64,000 bases of DNA from Actinomycetota bacterium (GCA_046725345.1 JBKOYJ010000028.1:1300-65299); one strand, 5' to 3'. Positions 9,035 through 17,585 are shown, counted from the first letter of the stretch. Notes: generated by a model not told the origin, from the letters alone. Numbers and translations: made by a program.

Positions 9035-10116
9035 CGCGTGTGGGCTCGCACACGCTCGCCGACCGGCGTGACGGGCTCGAGGCGGCCCCGCACGGCACGG
9101 CTCGGGACTACTTCGCGTCGCTGCGGGAGGGATTCGACGCCGCTGTAGCGGCACGCGGCATTCGAACGTACGAGCTTGCCCTCGCCGGCGCCGCGGTACG
9201 CCTGCGGTTCGCGGGCGCCGCTCTGCCACCGGTCGTCATCCGGCCGCTGGCCCAGCTCCCCCGCCCGGTCGGCGACGACCGCGCCGCGACGGCCTGCCTG
9301 TGGGACAGCGAGTCGACGGGGATCGCGCTGCCCGAGCCGCCGTGGCAGCGCCGCGACATCGATCAGCGCTGGGAGGTTCACGGGTTCGGCGACGAGGGGA
9401 TCCAAACGCAGCACGATCCGGAGGCCGGCGTCCTGACGATGTTCGAACCGGCGACCCGCACGGGGATCTGGTGGGCGCCCTCGGTCGCCGCGGTGCCCTG
9501 GTACGACCAGGCTGCGCCACTACGCACGCTTCTGCACTGGACGGTCACGGTGCCAGGCCGCCATCTGCTCCACGCCGGCGCGGTCGCGGTCGCCAACGGC
9601 GCTGCGCTCCTCGTCGGCAAGGGAGGCTCCGGCAAGTCGACGACGGCCGTCCTCTGCCTCGAGGCGGGGTTCGACTACCTCGGCGACGACTACGTCTTGC
9701 TCACGGTGGACCCGGCGCCGACCGTGCACAGCGTGTACAGCACGGCGAAGGTCACGCCGTACACCGTTCGCCGCCTCCCCAGCCTCGAGGCAGCCGTCGT
9801 CGCTCGCGGGCGGCCGTTCGAGAAGAGCGTGGTCGACGTCGCGGCGTACCGCCCGCGCCGGCTGCGCCATTCCGCACCCCCGGCTGCCGTCGTCGTGCCC
9901 ACGGTCACGCCGGGCGAGCGCACGCGGCTGCGCCCGATCGCTGCGGCAGCGTGCCTGCGCGCGCTTGCTCCAAGCACCGTGCTCCAACTCCCGCACGAAG
10001 GCGGCCGGGCACTGAGCGCGATGGCCGAGCTCGTCCGCGAGCTCCCGGCCTACGCGCTCGATCTCGGGGACGACGGCGCGGATGTTCCGGCGCTCCTCCA
10101 CCCGCTCCTGGCGTGA
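9031..10116 (+). CDS. HPr kinase C-terminal-domain-like P-loop protein (HprK-related kinase)
   Basis: LLHAGAVAVANGAALLVGKGGSGKSTTAVLCLEAGFDYLGDDYVLL is the Walker A plus following LGDD motif seen in HprK-like serine kinases of RiPP clusters. The TTG start overlaps the PqqD stop (TTGA). Confidence 0.7.
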   Translation: MTRVGSHTLADRRDGLEAAPHGTARDYFASLREGFDAAVAARGIRTYELALAGAAVRLRFAGAALPPVVIRPLAQLPRPVGDDRAATACLWDSESTGIALPEPPWQRRDIDQRWEVHGFGDEGIQTQHDPEAGVLTMFEPATRTGIWWAPSVAAVPWYDQAAPLRTLLHWTVTVPGRHLLHAGAVAVANGAALLVGKGGSGKSTTAVLCLEAGFDYLGDDYVLLTVDPAPTVHSVYSTAKVTPYTVRRLPSLEAAVVARGRPFEKSVVDVAAYRPRRLRHSAPPAAVVVPTVTPGERTRLRPIAAAACLRALAPSTVLQLPHEGGRALSAMAELVRELPAYALDLGDDGADVPALLHPLLA

Positions 10117-11234
10117 CCGTCGGGGGCGAACACCACGCACGCGTGCTCGTCGTGGACGAGCGCGTGCCGAGGCCCGATCGCGACGGGGGCTCGCTGCGAA
10201 TGGCGAATCTCCTTCGGGTCCTCACGCAGATGGGCCACGACGTCAGCTTCGCCGCGCAGTTCCCGCGCGCCGGCGACCCGCGCGGTCTCGCCGAGAGCGA
10301 CGGCGTTCGATTGGTGTGGGACGAGCGGCCGCTCGTCCATCTCCGAAGGGCTGGGCGACGGTACGACGCCGTGATCCTCAGCCGCCCTGAGGTGGCCGTG
10401 GAGCTCGTCAAGGCCGTCCGGCGCTTCGCGCCCCGGGCGCTGATCCTCTACGACACCGTCGACCTGTCGTTCGTGCGCGAGTTCCGTCTCGCGAAGCTTC
10501 GCCGAAGCCGCTTTCTGCTCGACGTCGCCCTGCGGCGGCGCAGACAGGAGCTGAGCCTCGTTCGCGCTGCCGACCGGACGCTCGTCGTCAGCGAGCGCGA
10601 GAAGCAGGTGCTCGAGGAGGCGTGTCCGGGCGCGGCCGTCCATGTCGTCTCGAACGTCCACGAGAGCGCGGGAGCGAAGCGCGGCTTCGGCGAGCGCTCG
10701 GGTGCACTCTTCGTCGGCAACTTCGGCCACGAGCCGAACGCCGACGCGATGCGTCATCTCGTCGAGGACGTCTGGCCCGTTGTCCGTGCGAGCAGGCACG
10801 GGCTCGAGCTGCACGTCGTCGGCGGCGAACCGCCGGACTGGCTCCTGGACCTCGGCGCGACGGACGTCCACGTCGCCGGCTGGGTCGACCACGCGACGCT
10901 CGAGGAGTACCTCCAGCGCTGCCGCCTGTCGGTGGCCCCGCTGCGCGCCGGCGCCGGCGTCAAGGGGAAGGTGCTCGCCAGCCTCGGGAGCGGTCTTCCG
11001 GTTGTCGGTTCCGCGATTGCGTTCGAGGGCATCCCGGTCGCGGATGGGCACGAGGTGCTGGTCGCGGACGACCCGGCAACCTTCGCCCGCGCCGTCGCTC
11101 GCCTCCACGACGACGAGCGGCTCTGGACCGAGCTCTCGGAGCGCGGTGTGGCGGTCGTCGCGGAGCGCTTCTCCTCGGGGGCGGCGAAGGCTGGTCTCGC
11201 CGCCGCGCTGGCTCCGGTGGAGGCGCTGGCATGA
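10113..11234 (+). CDS. Glycosyltransferase, GT4 (Glycos_transf_1) type
   Basis: HARVLVVDERVP...GGSLRMANLLRVL at the N-terminus. C-terminal ...VAPLRAGAGVKGKVLASLGSGLPVVGSAIAFEGI... is a retaining GT-B E(x7)E-like region. GTG overlaps the previous stop. Confidence 0.85.
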   Translation: MTVGGEHHARVLVVDERVPRPDRDGGSLRMANLLRVLTQMGHDVSFAAQFPRAGDPRGLAESDGVRLVWDERPLVHLRRAGRRYDAVILSRPEVAVELVKAVRRFAPRALILYDTVDLSFVREFRLAKLRRSRFLLDVALRRRRQELSLVRAADRTLVVSEREKQVLEEACPGAAVHVVSNVHESAGAKRGFGERSGALFVGNFGHEPNADAMRHLVEDVWPVVRASRHGLELHVVGGEPPDWLLDLGATDVHVAGWVDHATLEEYLQRCRLSVAPLRAGAGVKGKVLASLGSGLPVVGSAIAFEGIPVADGHEVLVADDPATFARAVARLHDDERLWTELSERGVAVVAERFSSGAAKAGLAAALAPVEALA

Positions 11235-11911
11235 CGGGCCCGCTCGTCAGCGCGATCATCCCCGCCCATGAAGGCGAGCGGTTCCTCCACGCCGCGATCG
11301 GGAGCGTTCTGGCGCAGGAGTACACCCCGCTGGAGGTGATCGTCGTCGACGACGGGTCGACGGACGGCAGCGCCGATGTCGCGGCATCGTTTCCCGTCCG
11401 GTGCCTCCGTCAGCCGAACCTCGGCGTGGCGGCAGCGCGAAACGCGGGGCTCGCAGCCGCCGGCGGCGAGGTGATCTCCTTTCTCGACCAGGACGACCTC
11501 TGGCCACCCGCCAAGCTCGCCGTCCAGGTCGGGCATCTGCTCGAGCATCCCGAGCTCGGGTTCGTCGTGGGCCGGATGGAGGTCTTCCTGGAGCCCGGCG
11601 CACCGCGGCCGGCCTGGATGCACGTCGACCAGCCGGCGTTCTTGCTCGGGGCGCTCGTCGCGTGGCGACACGTGTTCGACCTGGTCGGCGCGTTCGAGAC
11701 GGGATACACGGTCTCGAGCGACGCGGACTGGTTCGCACGTGCGAAGGACGCCGGGATCCCGCGCGCGGTCCTGCCCGAGGTCGTCCTCCGCTATCGCATC
11801 CACGAGCAGAACGCGTCGCACAGACGCGACGTGCTCTGGCACGAGACGATGCAGGTGCTCCGACGCTCGGTGGAGCGCCGGCGTGCGGGGCAGGCGGCCG
11901 ATGGCGACTGA
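11231..11911 (+). CDS. Glycosyltransferase family 2
   Basis: VSAIIPAHEGERFLHAAIGSVLAQEYTPLEVIVVDDGSTDGS...ARNAGLAAAGGEVISFLDQDDLW is the canonical GT2 DxD region. ATG overlaps the previous stop (ATGA). Confidence 0.85.
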   Translation: MTGPLVSAIIPAHEGERFLHAAIGSVLAQEYTPLEVIVVDDGSTDGSADVAASFPVRCLRQPNLGVAAARNAGLAAAGGEVISFLDQDDLWPPAKLAVQVGHLLEHPELGFVVGRMEVFLEPGAPRPAWMHVDQPAFLLGALVAWRHVFDLVGAFETGYTVSSDADWFARAKDAGIPRAVLPEVVLRYRIHEQNASHRRDVLWHETMQVLRRSVERRRAGQAADGD

Positions 11912-12581
11912 CTCGGTCTCGGTCGTCATCCCCGTTCGGAACGGCGCACGCTACCTGGGCGCGGCGATCGAGAGCGTGCTGGCGCAGACGACGTCTCCTT
12001 TGGAGCTGATCGTCGTTGATGACGGCTCGACTGACGCGAGCGTCGAGGTGGCTGCGGAGTACGCGGCCGTCCGCGTCGTCTCACAGGCACACGCTGGCCC
12101 CGGCGCGGCGCGAAACCGCGGCGTCGAGCTCGCGGGCGGCGCGTACGTCGCGTTCCTCGACGCGGACGACGTCTGGGTCGAGACGAAGCTCGAGCGCCAG
12201 CTCGCCGCCTTCGCAGCCCAGCCGTCGGCGGACGTCGTGGTCGGATATGTCCGCCACTTCGCGGGCCACCGGCCGCCCGACGACGATGGCGACGGGGACC
12301 CGGGTGAGCTCCGACCGGGCTACCTGCCGAGCGCGGTCCTTCTGTCGCGCTCGGCGTGGCAGGCCGTCGGCCCGTTCCGGACGGACCTGCGTGTTGCAGA
12401 GCTCATGGACTGGCTCCTGCGTGCCCGCGAGCTCGGTCGCCGCGAACTCGTGGTGCCCGATCACGTCGTCTGGCGCCGGGTCCACGGTGAGAATCTCACG
12501 ATCGTGGAGCGCGCGAGCCTGGGCGAGTACGCGCACATCCTCAAGGGAGCGCTCGACCGCCGGCGCGAGGCGGCCCGCTAA
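11901..12581 (+). CDS. Glycosyltransferase family 2
   Basis: VSVVIPVRNGARYLGAAIESVLAQTTSPLELIVVDDGSTDAS...ARNRGVELAGGAYVAFLDADDVW. 11 nt overlap with the preceding GT2. Confidence 0.85.
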   Translation: MATDSVSVVIPVRNGARYLGAAIESVLAQTTSPLELIVVDDGSTDASVEVAAEYAAVRVVSQAHAGPGAARNRGVELAGGAYVAFLDADDVWVETKLERQLAAFAAQPSADVVVGYVRHFAGHRPPDDDGDGDPGELRPGYLPSAVLLSRSAWQAVGPFRTDLRVAELMDWLLRARELGRRELVVPDHVVWRRVHGENLTIVERASLGEYAHILKGALDRRREAAR

Positions 12582-14269
12582 TGCGCACGTGGCTCCTCTT
12601 CGCGCGCCTGTTCGCCGACTCCAAGCATCTGCTCCTCGTCAGCCTCGTTCTGTCGCTCGCGCAGTCGCTCGTGCTGGTGCCGATCGCGCTCCTCGTGCGG
12701 CACGCATTCGACGTCATCCTCCCGGCGGGCGATCGTCTCGAGCTCGCGTGGATCGCTGCGCTGATGCTCGCGCTCTACCTGACGAGCATCGCACTCGCGC
12801 TGCTGACGCGCCACACCGTCCTGCAGGCGACGAAGGCGGCCGTGACCAAACTTCGCGTTCGCCTGTTCGAGCGCCTCTTCTCCTTTCCGGCGTCGTACTA
12901 CGACGCCCACGACGTCGGCACGCTTCACGCGACGATCACCAAGGACATCGAGCGCTTCGACCTCATGACCTACGCGGTCGTCGCGTTCATCCTGCCGCCG
13001 TTCGTGATCGCCACCGCGCTGTCGGCGGCGCTCGTCACCGTCAGCCCGATCCTCTTCCTCGTACTCGCCCTCGCCCTGCCCGTCATGGGCGTCGCGAGCC
13101 ACGTCATGGGCGGGCAGGTGCGCTCGCGCTCGCGCGAGTGGCAGGAGGCGTACGCAGTCTTCAGCTCGGATGCCCTAATCACCCTCAGGGCGATGACGTT
13201 GCTGAAGGTCCACGCCCTCGAAGACGTGCGCCTGCAACGCGCCGCCGTGCTGTTCGAAGAGCTCGCGCGGACCGGCCGGAGACTCAGCTGGATGCAGTCG
13301 GCGTACTCGCTCATCAACGGCTCGCTCGCCGCCGCCGCGGGGGTCCTCGTCCTCGTCGTGGGCGGGATCGCGGTGATCGACGGCCGGATGACGCTCGGCG
13401 AGCTGCTCTCCTTCTACTCGCTGCTCGCGCTGCTCCGGTCGCAGCTGACGAGCGTGATGTGGGGGGCGCCGATCGCCGTGGCCGGACGGGAGTCGCTCGA
13501 GCGCCTGCGGGCGCTCCTGCTTGCGTCCGAGCGCGACCCGTACCGGGGAACGTCTGTGATCGACTTCACCGGGGCGATCGACGTCGAGCACGTGACGTTC
13601 GGATATCGGAATGGAGACGAGCCCGTGCTGCGGGACGTGACGGTGTCCCTGCGACCGGGCGAGGTGGTGGCCTTGATCGGACCGAACGGGGCGGGGAAGA
13701 GCACGCTCGCGCGGCTCGCCGTCGGCCTCTACAAGCCTCAGCGCGGACGTGTTCTGGCCGACGGGATCCCGCTCGACGAGCTCGATCTGCACGCGCTGAG
13801 GCGGCGGATCGCCGTCGTCGACCAGGACCCGTTCATCTTCCCGACGACGGTTCGCGAGAACATCGCGTTCGGCGCCGAAGGCGGCAGCGAGGAGCAGATC
13901 CGCGCCGCGGCCGCCGCCGTTGGGGTTGACACGTTCGCGGAGACGCTGCCGGATGGCTACGACTCGCAGGTCGGCGACGAGGGCGCGCTTCTCTCGGGCG
14001 GCGAGCGTCAGCGGGTCGCGATCGCCCGGGCGCTCGCGCGCCGCCCGGCGCTGCTCGTGCTCGATGAACCGACCTCGTCTCTCGACCCTGACGCCGTGGA
14101 GCAGTTGCTCGCGAACCTGCACGAATTCCCCGGGTCGCCCGCCGTCCTCGTTATCACCCACGACCCCTCGCTCGTGGGTGCGGCGGATCGGGTCTACGTG
14201 CTCCGAGAGGGGAGGGCTGTCGGGACGGTCGCCCCGCCGGTGCCGACGGCCGCCGAGGACGAGGCGTGA
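12581..14269 (+). CDS. ABC exporter, fused transmembrane and ATP-binding domains (MsbA/MdlB-like)
   Basis: Six-helix N-terminal half, then GPNGAGKSTLARL (Walker A), LSGGERQRVAIARAL (signature), LLVLDEPTSSLD (Walker B), ITHD (H loop). Confidence 0.9.
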   Translation: MRTWLLFARLFADSKHLLLVSLVLSLAQSLVLVPIALLVRHAFDVILPAGDRLELAWIAALMLALYLTSIALALLTRHTVLQATKAAVTKLRVRLFERLFSFPASYYDAHDVGTLHATITKDIERFDLMTYAVVAFILPPFVIATALSAALVTVSPILFLVLALALPVMGVASHVMGGQVRSRSREWQEAYAVFSSDALITLRAMTLLKVHALEDVRLQRAAVLFEELARTGRRLSWMQSAYSLINGSLAAAAGVLVLVVGGIAVIDGRMTLGELLSFYSLLALLRSQLTSVMWGAPIAVAGRESLERLRALLLASERDPYRGTSVIDFTGAIDVEHVTFGYRNGDEPVLRDVTVSLRPGEVVALIGPNGAGKSTLARLAVGLYKPQRGRVLADGIPLDELDLHALRRRIAVVDQDPFIFPTTVRENIAFGAEGGSEEQIRAAAAAVGVDTFAETLPDGYDSQVGDEGALLSGGERQRVAIARALARRPALLVLDEPTSSLDPDAVEQLLANLHEFPGSPAVLVITHDPSLVGAADRVYVLREGRAVGTVAPPVPTAAEDEA

Positions 14270-15387
14270 TGCGAGCGGGTGGACACGCCTTCCCGACCTT
14301 CCGCCAGGAGGCGCTGATCCGGGCGGCCGTCCTCGAGGGCGATGCGGCGAGGTCGGCCTGGAAGCAGTGGCTGGCGCTCGGCGGCAACGTCGATCGGATC
14401 GACGGCGCGTCCTACGGGCTGTTGCCGCAGGTGTACCGGAACCTCGAGGCGATCGCTCCGGAGGAACCCCTGCTCGCGAAGCTCAAGGGTGTCTACCGCT
14501 ATCACTGGTACCGCAACCAGGTGCTGCTCCACGGCGCTGCCGATGCCGTCCGCGCGCTCGAGGCGGCCGGCGTTCCGACCCTCGTGCTGAAGGGGGCGGC
14601 GCTCGCGATCCTCCACTACGGCGACGCGGGCGCGCGCCCGATGGAGGACGTTGACGTGCTCGTCCCGCGGGAGCGCGTGCACGAAGCGATGGAGGTTGTG
14701 CGGCAGGCAGGCTTCGCCTCCGTGCCTGCCACACCGGCGACGTCGGTCGGCGTCGGGCACGCGCGCACGTTCCTCTCCGGGGCCGACCACTCGCTCGACC
14801 TCCACTGGTGGGCGCTCGCGCAGGCGGCGCGCGACGACGACTTCTGGCGGGGCGCGGTCCCGCTGGCGCTCGCAGGGGTGCGGACGCGCGCGCTCGCGCC
14901 CGCGCACCAGCTCCTGCACGTGTGCGTGCACGGCTTGCGGATCCACGAGACGCCGCCGCTGCGCTGGGTGCCCGACTCCTTGCTCGTGCTGCGCTCGCCC
15001 GGCGGCGAGGTCGACTGGGAGGCGCTGGTCGCCGGGGCTCGTGCCCGCGCGCTCACGGTCCACGTCGGAGCGGCGCTCACGTACCTTCGGGAGAGGTTCG
15101 CGGCGCCCGTGCCGCCGCAGGTGCTCGATCGCCTGCGGACCTCGCCGAGCTCGCTGCTCGAGCGCTGGACGTACCGCGCGAGCGTGATGCCTCCGCCCCG
15201 CGCCGCGCGCGTCCTTCTCCACGTCGATCGGTACCGAAGGCTGCGAGCGGCCGGCGACCTCGAGCCGGGGACCTCGTTCCTGCGCTTCTGGGCGCGCTCG
15301 CGCGCACTGGAGCACCCCGCGCAACTCCCGGCGCAGGTGCTCCGCCGGTACGTCGAGCACCTCCGTGCGCGGAGCGCTACGTCCTGA
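14266..15387 (+). CDS. Uncharacterised nucleotidyltransferase family protein (NTP_transf_5 / PF14907-like)
   Basis: LLPQVYRNL...VLKGAALAILHYGDAGARPMEDVDVLVPRERVHEAMEVVRQAGF...LDLHWW is the pattern of PF14907-type proteins found next to PqqD/HprK-like genes. Confidence 0.65.
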   Translation: MMRAGGHAFPTFRQEALIRAAVLEGDAARSAWKQWLALGGNVDRIDGASYGLLPQVYRNLEAIAPEEPLLAKLKGVYRYHWYRNQVLLHGAADAVRALEAAGVPTLVLKGAALAILHYGDAGARPMEDVDVLVPRERVHEAMEVVRQAGFASVPATPATSVGVGHARTFLSGADHSLDLHWWALAQAARDDDFWRGAVPLALAGVRTRALAPAHQLLHVCVHGLRIHETPPLRWVPDSLLVLRSPGGEVDWEALVAGARARALTVHVGAALTYLRERFAAPVPPQVLDRLRTSPSSLLERWTYRASVMPPPRAARVLLHVDRYRRLRAAGDLEPGTSFLRFWARSRALEHPAQLPAQVLRRYVEHLRARSATS

Positions 15388-15401
15388 GCTCAGAGCCTTT
15401 T

Positions 15402-15503
15402 CGGTTGGTGTCCGGGCGTGTCGACCGGTCACCTCAGACGCGTGCACGGGCCAAGCCCGTGCACGCTGAATGTCGGCGCCGCCGAGTCGGGGCCTTTAGG
15501 GCG
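15402..15503. repeat. Structured intergenic repeat, family A, copy 1 (~100 nt)
   Basis: About 90 % identical by eye to 36660..36758. Core hairpin gcgtgcacgggc-caa-gcccgtgcacgc (12 bp). Lies between convergent genes and supplies the TAA stop of the minus-strand GT2. Confidence 0.8.
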
Positions 15504-16209
15504 ACGCGTGGCGCCTGCGGTCGATCCTTCCTTTCAGCGCCCGGACCGCCTCGCGCTGGCAGCTCTCGACGTCGTAGGTCAGGTTCGCCCCGTGTATGCG
15601 CCTGACGACGACGACGTCGTCGAGGATCCCGACCCCGACGTCGCCGTCCTGGGCACGGAAGAGCCAGTCGACGTCCTCGGCGTAGCGGAACGACGCGTCG
15701 AAGGGGCCGATCCGCTCGAGGGCCGTCCTCCGAACGAGCGCCGACATCGGCTGCACGAGCTCGGATTCGCCGCCGTCGACGCCCGCCTTCCCGACCCATT
15801 CTGGCGGCTCGACACCCGGCTCGACGGCGATGCGCTGGCGGCCGAGGACGCAGGCGTATTCCGGCCGCTCGCGGAGGTAGGCGACCTGCCGCTCGAGCCG
15901 GTCCGGAAGCATCACGTCGTCGGCGTCCAGGAAGGCGACGTACTCGCCTGTCGCCGCGGCGACACCGCGGTTCCGCGCCGCGGCCTGCCCGGCGCGTTCC
16001 TGCCGAAGGCCATGGACGTTCGGATACGACGCGATGATCTCAGGTGTCCGATCCGTCGACCCGTCGTCGACGACGACGATCTCGACGGTCGGATACGTCT
16101 GCGCGAGCACGCTGTCGATCGCCTCCGCGAGGAAGCGGGCGCCGTTGAAGACCGGAGTCACGACGGAGACGAGCGTCGGCACGGCGCGTGATGACGGCGA
16201 GCTCCGCAC
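15496..16209 (-). CDS. Glycosyltransferase family 2
   Basis: VSVVTPVFNGARFLAEAIDSVLAQTYPTVEIVVVDDGSTDRT...ARNRGVAAATGEYVAFLDADDVM. Confidence 0.85.
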   Translation of the reverse strand: MRSSPSSRAVPTLVSVVTPVFNGARFLAEAIDSVLAQTYPTVEIVVVDDGSTDRTPEIIASYPNVHGLRQERAGQAAARNRGVAAATGEYVAFLDADDVMLPDRLERQVAYLRERPEYACVLGRQRIAVEPGVEPPEWVGKAGVDGGESELVQPMSALVRRTALERIGPFDASFRYAEDVDWLFRAQDGDVGVGILDDVVVVRRIHGANLTYDVESCQREAVRALKGRIDRRRHASP

Positions 16210-16242
16210 TTGGCAGATGGTAGAGGCGGCGGTCGGGCGCGC

Positions 16243-16248
16243 TACAAT
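16243..16248 (+). promoter_or_regulatory. -10 box TACAAT, 8 nt upstream of GTG 16257 (likely leaderless rplY/ctc mRNA)
   Basis: Near-consensus hexamer in a 47 nt divergent intergenic region, with no SD. Confidence 0.4.
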
Positions 16249-16256
16249 CGCGCGCC

Positions 16257-16985
16257 GTGGCCGAGCGCGTTCGCATCCAGGCGCAGGAGCGCGACACCCG
16301 CGGGTCCCGCGAGTCGCGTCGCCTCCGTCGCGCAGGGAAGATCCCAGGCGTGATCTACGGGCGCGGCCGCGATCCGCACGCGATCTGCATCGACGAGCGC
16401 GAGCTCCGGCGTGCGCTCAGCGGCCCGGGCGGCCTGCACGCGATCCTCGACGTCGTACTCGACGGCGGAAGCCCGAGCCCGGCCGTCCTGAAGGACTATC
16501 AGCAGCATCCGATCCGCGGGACCCTTACGCACTTCGACCTCCACGCCGTGCGCCTGGACGAGCCGATCCAGGCCACCGTGGTCGTCCAGCTCGTCGGCGA
16601 GTCGGCGGGAGCGAAGGAGGGCGGCGTGCTCTCGCAGGTCACGCGCGAGCTCAACGTCCAGGCGCTGCCGATGGACATTCCCGAGCACATCGACGCCGAC
16701 GTCAGCGAGATGCACATCGGCGACACGCTCCGGCTCGCCGACCTGCCGGCGATCGAGGGCGTGACGTTCCTCGACGACCCGGAGGAGACGGTGCTGGCAA
16801 CGGTGACGCAGCCGACTCGCGTCGAGCTGCCCGAGGACCTCGTCGAGGAGGAGGCCGAGGAGGGCGAAGAGGGCGAAGTCCCCGAAGGTGAGGAGGCTCC
16901 CGAAGGCGCGACGGAGACCGCCGCCGCTCCCGGTGCGCTCCCTGCCTCGGACGACGAGGGCGAGTCCGGCACGACGTCCGGCTAG
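16257..16985 (+). CDS. rplY: 50S ribosomal protein L25 / general stress protein Ctc, with acidic C-terminal tail
   Basis: RGSRESRRLRRAGKIPGVIYGRG...HAILDVVLDG...VLKDYQQHPIRGTLTHFDL is the Ctc-type L25 pattern. Confidence 0.9.
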   Translation: MAERVRIQAQERDTRGSRESRRLRRAGKIPGVIYGRGRDPHAICIDERELRRALSGPGGLHAILDVVLDGGSPSPAVLKDYQQHPIRGTLTHFDLHAVRLDEPIQATVVVQLVGESAGAKEGGVLSQVTRELNVQALPMDIPEHIDADVSEMHIGDTLRLADLPAIEGVTFLDDPEETVLATVTQPTRVELPEDLVEEEAEEGEEGEVPEGEEAPEGATETAAAPGALPASDDEGESGTTSG

Positions 16986-16991
16986 CCAGCT

Positions 16992-17585
16992 ATGCGCCTG
17001 TTTCGGCGGGGCGAGACCGCCCCGTCGCTCGACTTGCTGGTGGCGGGCCTCGGCAATCCAGGACGGGAGTACGAGCGCAACCGGCACAACGTCGGCTGGA
17101 TGGTCGCCGAGGAGCTCGCGCGGCGGCACGGCGGCTCGTGGCGCGGAAAATTCTCCGGACGGCTGGCCGAGGTGCGCGTGGACGGCAATCGTGTCGCGCT
17201 GTTGAAGCCGGAGACGTACATGAACGAATCGGGCCGCTCGGTCGGCGCCGCCCTGCGCTTCTTCAAGCTTCCGCCGGAGGGTCTGCTGGTGGTGCACGAC
17301 GAGGGCGACCTCGATCTCGGCCGGCTGCAGGCGCGCCGCGGCGGCGGTCTCGCCGGCCACAACGGGCTGCGCTCGGTCGCGGGGCAGCTGGGAACGCCGG
17401 AGTTCCTCCGCCTGCGTGTCGGCGTGGGCCGTCCCGAGCGCGGCGATCGCCGCTCGCTCTCCGACTTTGTGCTCTCCGACTTCGAGCCCGGGGACGACGC
17501 CGAGGGCGTCGTCGCGCGCGCGGCGGACGCGGTCGAGACGGTCGTCCGCGACGGCCTCGAGGCCGCCCAGCAGCGCTACAACTGA
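16992..17585 (+). CDS. pth: Peptidyl-tRNA hydrolase
   Basis: LLVAGLGNPGREYERNRHNVGWMV...LLKPETYMNESG...VVHDEGDL...GGLAGHNGLRS. Confidence 0.9.
   Translation: MRLFRRGETAPSLDLLVAGLGNPGREYERNRHNVGWMVAEELARRHGGSWRGKFSGRLAEVRVDGNRVALLKPETYMNESGRSVGAALRFFKLPPEGLLVVHDEGDLDLGRLQARRGGGLAGHNGLRSVAGQLGTPEFLRLRVGVGRPERGDRRSLSDFVLSDFEPGDDAEGVVARAADAVETVVRDGLEAAQQRYN

Noticed and set aside
9300-11234. 644 aa ORF as one large protein
   Set aside because: Its first ~270 codons overlap the HprK-like gene in another frame and are Arg/Gly/Pro-rich shadow sequence. The recognisable GT4 domain begins at the GTG 10113, which overlaps the upstream stop.
8588-15387. Classical lasso-peptide biosynthetic gene cluster (PqqD + HPr-kinase-like + nucleotidyltransferase + ABC exporter)
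   Set aside because: No Asn-synthetase-like lasso cyclase, no transglutaminase-like B2 protease and no precursor ORF are present anywhere between 6.0 and 16.3 kb. The gene set therefore does not satisfy the minimal lasso definition. It is reported instead as an orphan or novel module.
3446-16256. tRNA-associated genomic island (tRNA-Gln as integration site)
   Set aside because: The accessory block starts 2.5 kb downstream of the tRNA, beyond the housekeeping genes glmU and prs. No integrase, excisionase or partial tRNA direct repeat is seen.
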